Counted from the stretch's first letter, positions 49,086-58,947 are shown. The stretch is DNA of 64,000 nt from Bdellovibrionales bacterium (GCA_965199825.1 OZ241329.1:2656001-2720000), one strand, 5' to 3'. Numbers and translations: made by a program. The notes: generated by a model from the sequence alone, not told the origin.

Positions 49086-50852
49086 ATGAAAGCTGTACGT
49101 CTGTTGCCCATACTTATTCTACTCTCCGCATGTAGCGGGGGATTGAATAAAGATCCATTGAATAAATACCCAAGTCTGCGCACTGCCGCACGTGCCGATC
49201 TCGTTGGTACACCTGATGAGCAACGCTATCAGCGTTCATCTTTTAGTTGGTCTTTGGCTGACTCAAAAAATGAACCGATCAACGAAAATCAGATGCACAC
49301 GGTTCAAGGTCAACCTCAGACCTATCGCATCTCACTGGTAAAGGTCTCAGCTTCGGGCGATTACTCGCTTGAACTTGAAAAAGACCAAGCCAATGATGCG
49401 ATTACATCATCACAAGATGGCAAAACCTTGGTCGTCACGGTGAATCCAGATTCAAACTATGTGACAAGCTCGCTTCAATATCGCGAGATCAATTTCAAGG
49501 TGCATATCAAAGCTAAAGGCGAATCTGACTTTGCCAAAGCGATGAATAACGATGAGCCTGTTCACAGTTATACTGTAAACGTCTTTCGTGATTCCACAGT
49601 TCCAGTGATCGAAAAAATCACCTTATCAAAAACTTCGCTCAAAGCCCAAGACCAAGCGGTAATTACGATTGATGTCTCAGGCAATGGTCTGAACGTACAA
49701 GATCTTCATATTTTTCCACAGTGTGATCGCACAGAAGAAGTGATGAAAAATAACGAACTTGGTTTAAGAGATGGTTGTGCCGGAATCGATCTTGGCGATC
49801 GCGGACTTCCTGTAATGACTCCATCTGGATCAGGTCACTTCACAGTCACTTATAAATTCAATGCGGCAATGTTTTTGGCAAGCATTGCAAATCGTGGCCA
49901 AGCCAATCTTAAAACTTTGGCCAACGACGGTAACGCACGTCTGCCCTATTACATCGCTCGGGTCCGCTTTGCTGTGCACAACTCTAAAGGCAACGTGATG
50001 AGCGCTCCTTCAGCAAAGGAAATCCAAGTCAATCCTAGTGACGAAGCCGGCAAGCCCGTTCTCACTTTCAAAGATATGACTTTTAAAGAGAACACCGAAA
50101 GATCAAATGTGATTTTGATCAAAGCCGATCAAGGTCTTGGAAATATCTCGGTCACTGGAGCTCGCACCAAAGGTGTTTCGTATGTTGCTCGTCCAGGACT
50201 TAACGCAGGTCAAACCAAAATCGATTTGATCAAACTCTCAGAAGCCAGCATCACATGTGATACGGCAACTGACAAAGTGACCGACGGTGATGCTTGTTTA
50301 AACAGCACGTGTTTACAAAGCTGTATGATTTATTATAAGCCCGCATGTGGCGCGCCTGCTGAAACCGAAGTGATGATCAACGTGACTTCGACTCTCAACG
50401 GTAAACCTGTGACTGCTTCAGTTCCTGTTGTTTTAAAAGTTGAGAAGAATGCCGAAGGTTGTGCACCAACTCCCCAGGCTGCTCCTTCAGCAGCGGCAAA
50501 GCCCCCTGGAAAAACAGCGGTTGTTGCTCCAGTTCCAGCTTTAACTCCTGCGGTTACCAAAACTGTCACTCCAGTAACAAAAACTGTCACTCCAGCCGTA
50601 AAAGCTGCTGCGGCTAAATTCGTTACGGCAAAAGTGGCAGCCGCAAAAGCACCCCCTTCGACTACAACTGCAGCCGCGACCCCTGCTGCTTCGGATACGA
50701 AAATTGCACCAGTAGTAGTTGCTGATGGAAAAGTGAAAGCAAAGCCTGCTCACACGGCTCCACATCACGTAGCGCCTGTTAAGAAAGATAAAAAGGCAGC
50801 GGCGCCACGTACGCAACAAGCTGACAATAAAACTCCCGGGGGGGACGCATGA
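49086..50852 (+). CDS. Hypothetical Cys-containing lipoprotein with Ala/Lys/Pro/Thr-rich tail
   Basis: Lipobox 'LSAC'; beta-rich body; 8 further Cys; low-complexity C-terminus with a VTKTVTP duplication. Confidence 0.7.
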   Translation: MKAVRLLPILILLSACSGGLNKDPLNKYPSLRTAARADLVGTPDEQRYQRSSFSWSLADSKNEPINENQMHTVQGQPQTYRISLVKVSASGDYSLELEKDQANDAITSSQDGKTLVVTVNPDSNYVTSSLQYREINFKVHIKAKGESDFAKAMNNDEPVHSYTVNVFRDSTVPVIEKITLSKTSLKAQDQAVITIDVSGNGLNVQDLHIFPQCDRTEEVMKNNELGLRDGCAGIDLGDRGLPVMTPSGSGHFTVTYKFNAAMFLASIANRGQANLKTLANDGNARLPYYIARVRFAVHNSKGNVMSAPSAKEIQVNPSDEAGKPVLTFKDMTFKENTERSNVILIKADQGLGNISVTGARTKGVSYVARPGLNAGQTKIDLIKLSEASITCDTATDKVTDGDACLNSTCLQSCMIYYKPACGAPAETEVMINVTSTLNGKPVTASVPVVLKVEKNAEGCAPTPQAAPSAAAKPPGKTAVVAPVPALTPAVTKTVTPVTKTVTPAVKAAAAKFVTAKVAAAKAPPSTTTAAATPAASDTKIAPVVVADGKVKAKPAHTAPHHVAPVKKDKKAAAPRTQQADNKTPGGDA

Positions 50853-51553
50853 AATCTCTAATTTTAATTATGACTGCTCTTATGAGCACAGTAGCACTTG
50901 CTAGTGATTACGAAAAAAGCATGGATTCATTGGGCGGTAACCGCGACCTTATCCGTCGCGCCCGCGCCATGGACCCAGATAACAAAGTTCAGGTTGTTCA
51001 GAATCGAATCGTTGATTTAAACACACGCTTCGAATTTGGAATCAACTACGGCATTGTTGCTGGTGGCGATCCTTATCTCAACACCCAAGGATTGGGTGCG
51101 ATGGCTGAGTTTCATATCGACCCACGTTGGTCGATCGGTGCACGGTATGTGAGCTTTTTTAATAACCTCACATCAGAAGGTAACCGCGTCGCTAGTGACT
51201 TCCAAACTCGCGCAGCCAATCAACAACCAGGCGCAGTTGTTCCAGCTATCAACTCACCCTTAAGCACCGTTTTTGGAACAATCAGTTTTTCACCCTTTTA
51301 CGGTAAACTGAATATGTTTGACCTCGGAGTTGCTCAATTTGATGTTTACGTTCTTGCCGGTTACGGTACTGTACAAACATCAAGCAGTTCATCAGGCACT
51401 TATACTGCCGGTGGCGGTGTGGCTTTGTGGCTCAGCCAACATTTAAGTTCACGTTTTGAAGTTCGTTATCAAGGTTACCAAGACCAAATCGACTCAGGCT
51501 CAAGAAATATCAACGATGTGATCATCCAAGCCGGAATTGGATTTTTATTATGA
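50849..51553 (+). CDS. Outer-membrane beta-barrel protein (GltA/GltB-like)
   Basis: Signal peptide, 'VQVVQNR', 'DPY', 'SPFYGKLN', amphipathic strands, ends 'GIGFLL'. Confidence 0.8.
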   Translation: MKSLILIMTALMSTVALASDYEKSMDSLGGNRDLIRRARAMDPDNKVQVVQNRIVDLNTRFEFGINYGIVAGGDPYLNTQGLGAMAEFHIDPRWSIGARYVSFFNNLTSEGNRVASDFQTRAANQQPGAVVPAINSPLSTVFGTISFSPFYGKLNMFDLGVAQFDVYVLAGYGTVQTSSSSSGTYTAGGGVALWLSQHLSSRFEVRYQGYQDQIDSGSRNINDVIIQAGIGFLL

Positions 51554-52575
51554 GATCAACAAGTCTTTTGTTAGCTGCCATTTTATGGACTGGCGCGGGT
51601 TACGCTGCTCAGAAGGCTGAGCAAGGACTTGTGAAATCTGCGAAGTCTGAAGCTCAAGATCAAAAACAGTTTGATCAAGCTATAAAGTTTGTAAACCAAA
51701 AAGAACCTTTAAGAGCATTAAGCATTTTTAATTCTCTCTTGCGCCAAAAATCTTCAAGTATCGGAAGCGATATTTTGCAGATGGATATTGGTCGCATTTA
51801 CTTTCAAATGGGTGATCTTGATCGCGCAATTGAAGCGTACGAAGGTATTAGCAAAAAATCCGAGTTCTGGCTCGAAGCTCAGGAAGAGCGCGCCCACGCT
51901 TATGGTAGACAAAAAAACTACGATAAGGTGATTTCAGTTCTGACGACAGTCATGTCGCCGGTATTTGATGGCGAAATTGGCCCAGAACCCTATTTTGTTG
52001 CTGGCATCACTTACTTTAAAATCTGTGATTACGGTGCAATCTTTAAGATTTCTGATCAGTACAAAACTCGATTTAAACCTCGCGTTCATGCACTGGCAGA
52101 ATTATTAAACAAAGGCACAAGCCCCCAACTCGAAACGGTATTGAATCGATTAGATCAAAAAGACTATACGCTTCAAACAGTTTCAAGCGAAGGTCGAGTG
52201 TTGCCTCGGAATTTTCTGCGCGATGGTTTGATTAAAACCCGAATCGCTGACCGCAAACTCGCCCTTAAAAATGGCGAAGCTACAAAGGCAGATGCCCTAA
52301 GACGACTCACAGTCTCTCGAATGATGGAACTGACAAAACTTGAGCTCAACGAAATTCAAGATACCACCCAAAAGCTCAATATTTTAGAAGCCGAGATTAT
52401 TCAACGCATTCACAATTTTGAAAATAACAAGAATCGCCCTGTTCAAGGCGATCTCGCTAAGAGTTCGGCTAACGTCTTAACATTTCCTGTAAACGATGAA
52501 TCATGGATTGATGAACTGGACAGTTTTCGCGCTCAAGTGAAGGGCTGCCCAGAATCTAAAAAGAGGAATTTATGA
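51550..52575 (+). CDS. Periplasmic TPR protein (GltC-like)
   Basis: Signal peptide; TPR 'GRIYFQMGDLDRAIEAY'; 'Y..ICDY'; C-terminal 'E.WIDEL..F...V..C'. Confidence 0.65.
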   Translation: MRSTSLLLAAILWTGAGYAAQKAEQGLVKSAKSEAQDQKQFDQAIKFVNQKEPLRALSIFNSLLRQKSSSIGSDILQMDIGRIYFQMGDLDRAIEAYEGISKKSEFWLEAQEERAHAYGRQKNYDKVISVLTTVMSPVFDGEIGPEPYFVAGITYFKICDYGAIFKISDQYKTRFKPRVHALAELLNKGTSPQLETVLNRLDQKDYTLQTVSSEGRVLPRNFLRDGLIKTRIADRKLALKNGEATKADALRRLTVSRMMELTKLELNEIQDTTQKLNILEAEIIQRIHNFENNKNRPVQGDLAKSSANVLTFPVNDESWIDELDSFRAQVKGCPESKKRNL

Positions 52576-53762
52576 AAAAGTTTGCGGTTTTATTTTTATT
52601 CTTAAGCGCTTGTCATCCCTCTTCGCATTGGCTCACCAATCCGCCTGAGAAAGTGACCGGATTTACAGCAGGTGGCGGAGCTGTAACAAAAGATATTTAC
52701 AACACGTGTGAGCTCGTTTTCGTCCTTGATGATTCTGGAAGTATGAGCCAAAAGGTGGCCAACGTACGATCCGCAATCGGCCGTTGGGCTCATGCCTTTT
52801 TGGATCAAAATCCAATCCATTGCCATATTGGTCTCATGCGGAATTTTGACGATTACGGTCATGACCGCGGCCAATACACCGCACAGTCGGCCCCAGGTTT
52901 TTTGGTGCCACTGGCAAATGGAAAACGTTGGATTGACAGTGAAGATCCCGAAGCGATCGATTTAATTGTCCAAGCAATGAGCGAGTACAAAGAAATCCAG
53001 CCAAGCAAAGGTGGATCAACTTACGAAGCTCTTTTTAGTCCAATCATCGCATTTTTCAATCCGCTGTCTGAGGCTCATAAACGAGATCTTGATTTTTTTA
53101 TGGGAAAAGATTCGACAACCATCATCATGATGGTGACCGATGCGAATGATCAGTCCAAAGAGGTTTTCCCTGAGAATGTGGCCGAAATGTTGTGGGCACA
53201 AAAAGGCGTGATACCACAAGAATCACGTAAAAAAGTGATCACCCTTGGTGCGCTGTTGATGAAGAATCAAGGCGACTGCCGCGTGGATGATGCCGGCGTT
53301 CCGGTTCGTGAAGCCGAGTTGGTTCGTCAAACTGGCGGACAAGTTTTTAACGTGTGTGATCGAGGCTTTGGTGATTCTTTGGCTCAGTATGGCCGGAATC
53401 TTCGTACCCGAACCATTCGTCGTGCGATTCGCCTAGGTGGATTGGTCGAAGTTTACCGTGAACAGAAAATGGATTTGCCAATGGACGATTGTTCAAAGGT
53501 TTCAGATCCACATGATTTGCGTGTGTACTACGGGCCGTTTTCTGGCGACCCCTCACAGATTTGTAAAAACACGATGTTGAAACGTGGAGAAGGTGGTTAC
53601 CACTACAATCCAGATAAACAACAGATCACGATCGGTGACGACTTCGCTTATAAGACATGTGCAAACTGTAAGATTCAGATTGCGGCAACTCCAATTAGTG
53701 ACAACGCAATAAGTAACGGAACCGCAAAACCCAACGACGTTCCTGCTTTTAAAAATAAATAA
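52572..53762 (+). CDS. vWA-domain (MIDAS) Cys-rich lipoprotein, CglB-like
   Basis: Lipobox 'LSAC'; 'LVFVLDDSGSM' DxSxS; 'VTDANDQS'; 8 further Cys. Confidence 0.7.
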   Translation: MKKFAVLFLFLSACHPSSHWLTNPPEKVTGFTAGGGAVTKDIYNTCELVFVLDDSGSMSQKVANVRSAIGRWAHAFLDQNPIHCHIGLMRNFDDYGHDRGQYTAQSAPGFLVPLANGKRWIDSEDPEAIDLIVQAMSEYKEIQPSKGGSTYEALFSPIIAFFNPLSEAHKRDLDFFMGKDSTTIIMMVTDANDQSKEVFPENVAEMLWAQKGVIPQESRKKVITLGALLMKNQGDCRVDDAGVPVREAELVRQTGGQVFNVCDRGFGDSLAQYGRNLRTRTIRRAIRLGGLVEVYREQKMDLPMDDCSKVSDPHDLRVYYGPFSGDPSQICKNTMLKRGEGGYHYNPDKQQITIGDDFAYKTCANCKIQIAATPISDNAISNGTAKPNDVPAFKNK

Positions 53763-53770
53763 GTAGAGTT

Positions 53771-53812
53771 CGTTGCGAGCACTTAGCAATCTTGCTAACT
53801 TTGCTCGCAATG
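53771..53812 (+). promoter_or_regulatory. Long hairpin overlapping the Kef gene start codon
   Basis: TTGCGAGCA(53773-81)/TGCTCGCAA(53802-10) outer stem plus TTAGCAA/TTGCTAA inner stem; the ATG begins at 53810. Confidence 0.5.
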
Positions 53813-55594
53813 AATACTTTCTTAATCACCTCAATTGTGTTTTTGGGTGCAGCTGTAGTAGCTGTGCCTTTGTTTAAAAGACTCGGGCTCGCATCTGTAC
53901 TGGGTTACCTTGCCGCAGGCTCATTGCTTGGCCCCTTTGGTCTTCATGTCGAGACAAACCCACATAATTTAATGGAAGCCTCCGAAATCGGCATCGTGAT
54001 GTTGCTCTTCGTAATTGGATTGGAACTAAAACCCTCTCGGCTGTGGACTATGCGTCATCAGGTGTTTGGCGCCGGAAGTTTACAATTCTTTAGCACCGCC
54101 ATTTTTATTTTTTTGGTTTCGATGCTCTCGAGTTTATCATTTAAAATGAGTTTAATTATTGGTGTGGCTTTGAGTTTGTCCTCCACCGCATTCGCACTCC
54201 AGATGCTTTCTGAGCGAAAACAAATGACCACCCAATTCGGCAGACTCTCATTTTCAATTTTGTTGTTTCAAGATTTGGTGGCTATCCCGTTTTTGGCAAT
54301 CCTGCCTTTTTTGTCGGAGGACTTTAACGGATTTAATCTCGCAAGTTTTAAAAACCATATGGGATGGCTTTTGACCGCAATTGTTTTGATTGGTGCCCTC
54401 CCCTTTTTACTCCGCCCCATTCTTCGTATGGTGGCCACCACACGCATTCGCGAATTGTTTACCGCGCTCACTCTCCTTTTAGTTTTAGGTCTTGCACTTG
54501 TGATGGAAAAAGCTGGTCTTTCGATGGCGCTCGGAAGTTTTATCGGTGGAATTTTATTATCCGATTCAGAATATCGCCATCAACTCGAAGCCGATATCGA
54601 GCCGTTTAAGGGACTGTTGCTCGGCTTATTTTTTATCGCCATCGGTATGGGCGTGAACTATGGTTTACTTTTCGAAGAACCCTTTTTTATTTTTTCAACC
54701 GTCATTTGCTATATGGGCATCAAAGCCGCAGCCGCATTTTTGGTGGCGCGCTATTTTGGTTTGAACAGACCCGCCTCTCTTGGCCTTGCGATGGTAATCC
54801 CTCAAGGCGGCGAATTTGCGTTTGTGATTTTTTCGGTGTGTTTGAATTCGAAATTATTTTCGCAACCGATGAACGACACTCTCAATTTGATTATTGCTTT
54901 GTCGATGGCACTCACTCCTCTGTTTGCGCTGTTGCATGATCAGTACACTCAGCGGGCACGAAAAAAAGAGGTGGCCGAGTTTGATCGGATTCCAAAAGAA
55001 AATAATAAGGTCATCATTGCGGGATTTGGTCGATTTGGTCAGATCATCGGCCGAGTCATGCGAATGCTCGAGCTTGATTTCACCGCACTCGAAATCGATT
55101 CGGCCCAAGTTGAGGTGTTAAGAAAATTCGGCAGCAAAGTGTATTACGGTGATGCCTCACGGGTTGATCTTTTGACCGCAGCCGGTGCTGACAAAGCAAG
55201 ATTTATGATTATTTGTATCGACGATGTCGAAAGCTCAATACAAACGGTGGATGTGGTCCAAACCCATTTTCCAAATTTAAAAATATTTGCTCGCGCCCGA
55301 AATCGAAATCATGCTTTTTTACTTCTGGATCGCGGTATTGAATTGATTTACCGCGAGACCCTTGCCTCCAGTGCTGAGATGGCCGAAGAATTACTGATCG
55401 CCATGGGCTATCCCCACGCGGTGGCCAAGGCCAATACCAAACGCTTTCGAGCCCACGATGCCGAAACACTATTAAAGCAACACGCAGTTTATAAAGATGA
55501 AAAATTATTGATTCGAACTTCAAAAGAAGCCGCTGAGCAGTTGATCGATGTCCTCAGATCTGACAAACATGAACCCAGCTTAAGTTCGATCTAG
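53810..55594 (+). CDS. CPA2 K+/H+ antiporter, KefB/KefC family
   Basis: 'GLELKPSRLW', 'LSSTA', 'LLFQD', 'SEYRHQLEADIEPFKGLLLGLFF', KTN domain 'AGFGRFGQ'. Confidence 0.95.
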   Translation: MNTFLITSIVFLGAAVVAVPLFKRLGLASVLGYLAAGSLLGPFGLHVETNPHNLMEASEIGIVMLLFVIGLELKPSRLWTMRHQVFGAGSLQFFSTAIFIFLVSMLSSLSFKMSLIIGVALSLSSTAFALQMLSERKQMTTQFGRLSFSILLFQDLVAIPFLAILPFLSEDFNGFNLASFKNHMGWLLTAIVLIGALPFLLRPILRMVATTRIRELFTALTLLLVLGLALVMEKAGLSMALGSFIGGILLSDSEYRHQLEADIEPFKGLLLGLFFIAIGMGVNYGLLFEEPFFIFSTVICYMGIKAAAAFLVARYFGLNRPASLGLAMVIPQGGEFAFVIFSVCLNSKLFSQPMNDTLNLIIALSMALTPLFALLHDQYTQRARKKEVAEFDRIPKENNKVIIAGFGRFGQIIGRVMRMLELDFTALEIDSAQVEVLRKFGSKVYYGDASRVDLLTAAGADKARFMIICIDDVESSIQTVDVVQTHFPNLKIFARARNRNHAFLLLDRGIELIYRETLASSAEMAEELLIAMGYPHAVAKANTKRFRAHDAETLLKQHAVYKDEKLLIRTSKEAAEQLIDVLRSDKHEPSLSSI

Positions 55595-55628
55595 TTCTCT
55601 TGCGCAAGCACGCCGTTTGTACACCACC

Positions 55629-55663
55629 GGAATTTGAATGCAGTCGTCGCGATTGCAAATTCC
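55629..55663. terminator. Hairpin between convergent genes (possible terminator)
   Basis: GGAATT...TGCAGTCG-TCG-CGATTGCA-AATTCC interrupted stem. Confidence 0.4.
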
Positions 55664-55714
55664 AAGTGACCTTGAAAATCATTGAACTGTTTGAAGCTGG
55701 GCGTAAGCCCGTCG

Positions 55715-56182
55715 CTATTCAGGAGCTTGATTCAAGTAGTCGGTACGCGTGAGGATCAGTGCTGCAAGCTGGTGCTCATTCTGTATTTCATTTTGCAATC
55801 CCGCCTGCTGAAGCATTGCAATCTCAAGATCGGCAACCTCTTGTACGTCTTTGCCACTCGATGAAATGGGATACTGTGAATTCGAGGAGAGTTTCTCTTT
55901 TAATTCCTCCGAAGCTTTGCCGTACTTACGCAAGACCACTTCTTTCTTGTTCCAATCGTGCAGGAGCGCTCCAGTCAGCAACAATAAGCCTCCTGTTGCA
56001 TAGAGCACGGGAGCTAATGTTGCACCGGCTAAACCGAGGACTGGTATCATCGCAGATCCTGAAGCTGTGCTGCCGCCAACAATTGAGGCTGCTCCCAGCG
56101 TCGTCGACGAGACATCAGACGCGTGGACTGTTGCAGAAAAAAGATCGGTTACAAACAGCGCTATTATTATAAAAGCCTTCAC
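55715..56182 (-). CDS. Small secreted protein, DUF2388-like
   Basis: Signal peptide, Gly/Ala/Ser/Thr hydrophobic stretch, C-terminal 'NEHQLAALIL'; start overlaps the upstream stop. Confidence 0.5.
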   Translation of the reverse strand: MKAFIIIALFVTDLFSATVHASDVSSTTLGAASIVGGSTASGSAMIPVLGLAGATLAPVLYATGGLLLLTGALLHDWNKKEVVLRKYGKASEELKEKLSSNSQYPISSSGKDVQEVADLEIAMLQQAGLQNEIQNEHQLAALILTRTDYLNQAPE

Positions 56183-57522
56183 ATAATCTCCTTATTCGTT
56201 TGTTTATAAAAATAAATTTTATTTACTAAATAATTTTTTAGCCAAGAAATATTGGACTGTGTTTCAGCAATTTCTTCAACAAAGTAATTGATCTCCGGCA
56301 CAGAAGAGCAGTTTGCCCAAACTTGCTTTTGCAAACTGCTCAATGTGGATCGACGAGTCTCAATCTCTAAGTCTGAAATAATTTGTTCTGGATGTGGCAC
56401 GGTGTCTCCACGAATCAGTCTCAGGTTTGCAGGCAACAAATCTTTGAGTGCTTTCTTATATTCTCGAGCTAAATCTTTAATCATTGGAGATTGCTGTTGA
56501 TCCGAGAACAAACAAATTAATGTTTTATTTTTAGCCCTTCGAACAAGCTGTTGAAGTGTTGATTCTTCAAGTAAAAGTAATTGCGAGGTAGACTCTATGT
56601 TTAGCAAACCCTCCGCCACCTTTCTGGTATGAGCAGGACTTTTCCAATAACTTGTTAGAGATGACGACTTCGTTATACCGTTAAGCTTGAGCTGCTTTAC
56701 ATAGAGATCAAGATTTTTTTTACGTGAAGCAGATGAGTTATCAGGTGTGACTCTTGCGCTGGCTTGAAGAGCTGTGAGCAATCGTGATGGAGTCAGCAAG
56801 ACAGTAGAAACTTTTTGTAAAGGATCATGATCGTCAAAGGCAATTTGAAGAACCTTTAAAATTTCCGCCGCACAGTTGTTATTGAGAAAACGATAAGGAT
56901 GGCTGGCAATCCAAAAATATTCAACTAAGGCATAAAACATCAAAGTCTTTTCTTTCTCATTGAGTTTCAAGTTGTATGCTTCATACCCTCGCAATTCCTC
57001 AAACCGTTTCTGTCGCTCAAAATCGAATGAGTTGTTAAAGAAAAGAGCACTTGAGTAACCGCCAACAAGGCCTTCATAAGCAGAAAATGGCTCGCCCGCA
57101 CTCTGGGCGGCAAAACCCAAATCGTAGCTGTAAGGATTTTTACATTGCCGATCGTTGCAGAATATAAAGCGCAAAGCGGAATGGCCAAACTGATTGGCAA
57201 GCTCTTCGCCTTTTGCCACGATGACATACTGAATTTTGAAAAGATCGTTGATGTCTAAGCTAACTCTCTCAGCCCGCTGGTCTAACACCATCATTTTTGG
57301 GCATAACTCCGTGGCCGATGGATCTGTGGCCATGCGCAAGAACTCGTAAACAGCTGGTCGATCACATGGGTTTTCGCGCGCCCGCTCTGTGGCTTGCTGA
57401 ACTTTTTCTCGGCCGTCTGCTAATAAAGCCAATCTATTTAAGGAGTCAGCTTCTGACGACAAAGTGGCGGTCATGATAATAGAACTGAACGTGACCTTGG
57501 CAAATCGAAAAAGAAATTTCAT
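56179..57522 (-). CDS. DUF4105 / Lnb-N-like domain protein
   Basis: 'QFGHSALRF', 'GLVGGY', 'ELRG...YNLKL', 'YRFLNNNCA' (His...Cys motifs). Confidence 0.7.
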   Translation of the reverse strand: MKFLFRFAKVTFSSIIMTATLSSEADSLNRLALLADGREKVQQATERARENPCDRPAVYEFLRMATDPSATELCPKMMVLDQRAERVSLDINDLFKIQYVIVAKGEELANQFGHSALRFIFCNDRQCKNPYSYDLGFAAQSAGEPFSAYEGLVGGYSSALFFNNSFDFERQKRFEELRGYEAYNLKLNEKEKTLMFYALVEYFWIASHPYRFLNNNCAAEILKVLQIAFDDHDPLQKVSTVLLTPSRLLTALQASARVTPDNSSASRKKNLDLYVKQLKLNGITKSSSLTSYWKSPAHTRKVAEGLLNIESTSQLLLLEESTLQQLVRRAKNKTLICLFSDQQQSPMIKDLAREYKKALKDLLPANLRLIRGDTVPHPEQIISDLEIETRRSTLSSLQKQVWANCSSVPEINYFVEEIAETQSNISWLKNYLVNKIYFYKQTNKEIM

Positions 57523-57904
57523 CCCGCATCGAATACAGGTGTTCTCTAAACAAATAAAGTTATTATTACTTTCATAGGAGATTTAATTTTTCGGTTTGAA
57601 AATTAAAAAACATGCGGAGGCTGATCTTTACTTAGAGTCGTGCTCGATAGACTTAAGTGTTTACGCAATAAGCAGTTGCACGCGGTTTACAAGAGCGAAA
57701 TATGTTGATTCGCACCTCAAAAAAAACCATTGAACAAATCCCCGAACTTCTCCGCGCAGAAAACTACGAGCCTTAGGTGACTTTGTTTTAGGGTTGGGTT
57801 GGGCCTTGATGAGTTTGACATATTGATTCGATAAACCCGAACCAAACCAGACGTAATGCACTAATTCGATTTGATAAAGTCATCCTGGTAGGTAAAGTAA
57901 TCTT

Positions 57905-58729
57905 ATGAAGAATATCAAAAAACTCACTGTGCTCTCCTTATTTTCTATTTTTATTTCACATGGTCCGCAATCTTTTGCTGATGAGGCCTGTTCAATTATA
58001 GAGACCGCGCAAGGTGCAACTCCGGTCATCTTTTTTGGTGGATGGCTTGCTCAGGAGTCAGATGGTCAGAAATGGGCGCAAGCCGCAACTCACTCGGCCA
58101 ATAAAAGTTGTTCGGGTGCGTACAAGTTTGAGGGTCATGGCTTAAATGGAGCAGAAAGCAAAAAGGCTTCTGTTGAAGTAGCGAATGCTCAAGCCATTCA
58201 GTCTTGTGTTCAAAAAATCCAAAATTATAAAGGAAAAATTAAACTTGTTGGACATTCCGATGGGTCATGGCTAGTGAATGCCATCGTTGATAAACTTGTG
58301 GCAGCCGATCGAAAAAAAGTTGAGTTGGTTTTAAAAGATGGCAATTTCAAATCTTCTTGGGGTCCACAAGGTCCACCTGCGAACGTGATTTGTGAAACGT
58401 CGAGTCCAACAAAAATCGATACCTGTAGCGAGATTCAGTGGCCCCCTCACAAATCCGATGATCCACCTTACACGACCAACATGATGACCGGAGTTTGTTC
58501 AGGAAATTGTCAGCCTCGCGTTTCGGTGTCGCGCGATTGTCCACAAAATATCTGGCGCACCCATTTCGGTCTTGTGAGCTCAAGCGCTCCGTGCAATTTG
58601 ACGGTCTCAAAAAATTCAAATTTTAATGCTCAGGTTTATAAAGAAAACATGATGACGCCACTAGATTTCTTAGAGTGTGGTTCTTCCGGTTTTAAGGGCA
58701 GCGGCAAATCACAGCAGTCGACTCCATAG
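57905..58729 (+). CDS. Secreted Cys-rich alpha/beta-hydrolase-like protein
   Basis: Signal peptide, 'VIFFGGW', nucleophile elbow 'LVGHSDG', 10 Cys. Confidence 0.55.
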   Translation: MKNIKKLTVLSLFSIFISHGPQSFADEACSIIETAQGATPVIFFGGWLAQESDGQKWAQAATHSANKSCSGAYKFEGHGLNGAESKKASVEVANAQAIQSCVQKIQNYKGKIKLVGHSDGSWLVNAIVDKLVAADRKKVELVLKDGNFKSSWGPQGPPANVICETSSPTKIDTCSEIQWPPHKSDDPPYTTNMMTGVCSGNCQPRVSVSRDCPQNIWRTHFGLVSSSAPCNLTVSKNSNFNAQVYKENMMTPLDFLECGSSGFKGSGKSQQSTP

Positions 58730-58947
58730 GGCTCGACGGGAATTTTAGGCAGATATTTGCCAAATTACTCAAAATCTGCCCGCCAGAAAGAATTTCCTTA
58801 TAAACTCATTTTATTTGCTCCAATTGGGATTTGCGTTGTCGAAAAGTACAGGATCCTTTACTCGATGCGAAAGGCACGCGGAATTTACCCTTTAGCAGTG
58901 CTGCGCCTCAAGAATTTGAAAGCAAACTTTCTTGCACCCCGTTTCTC

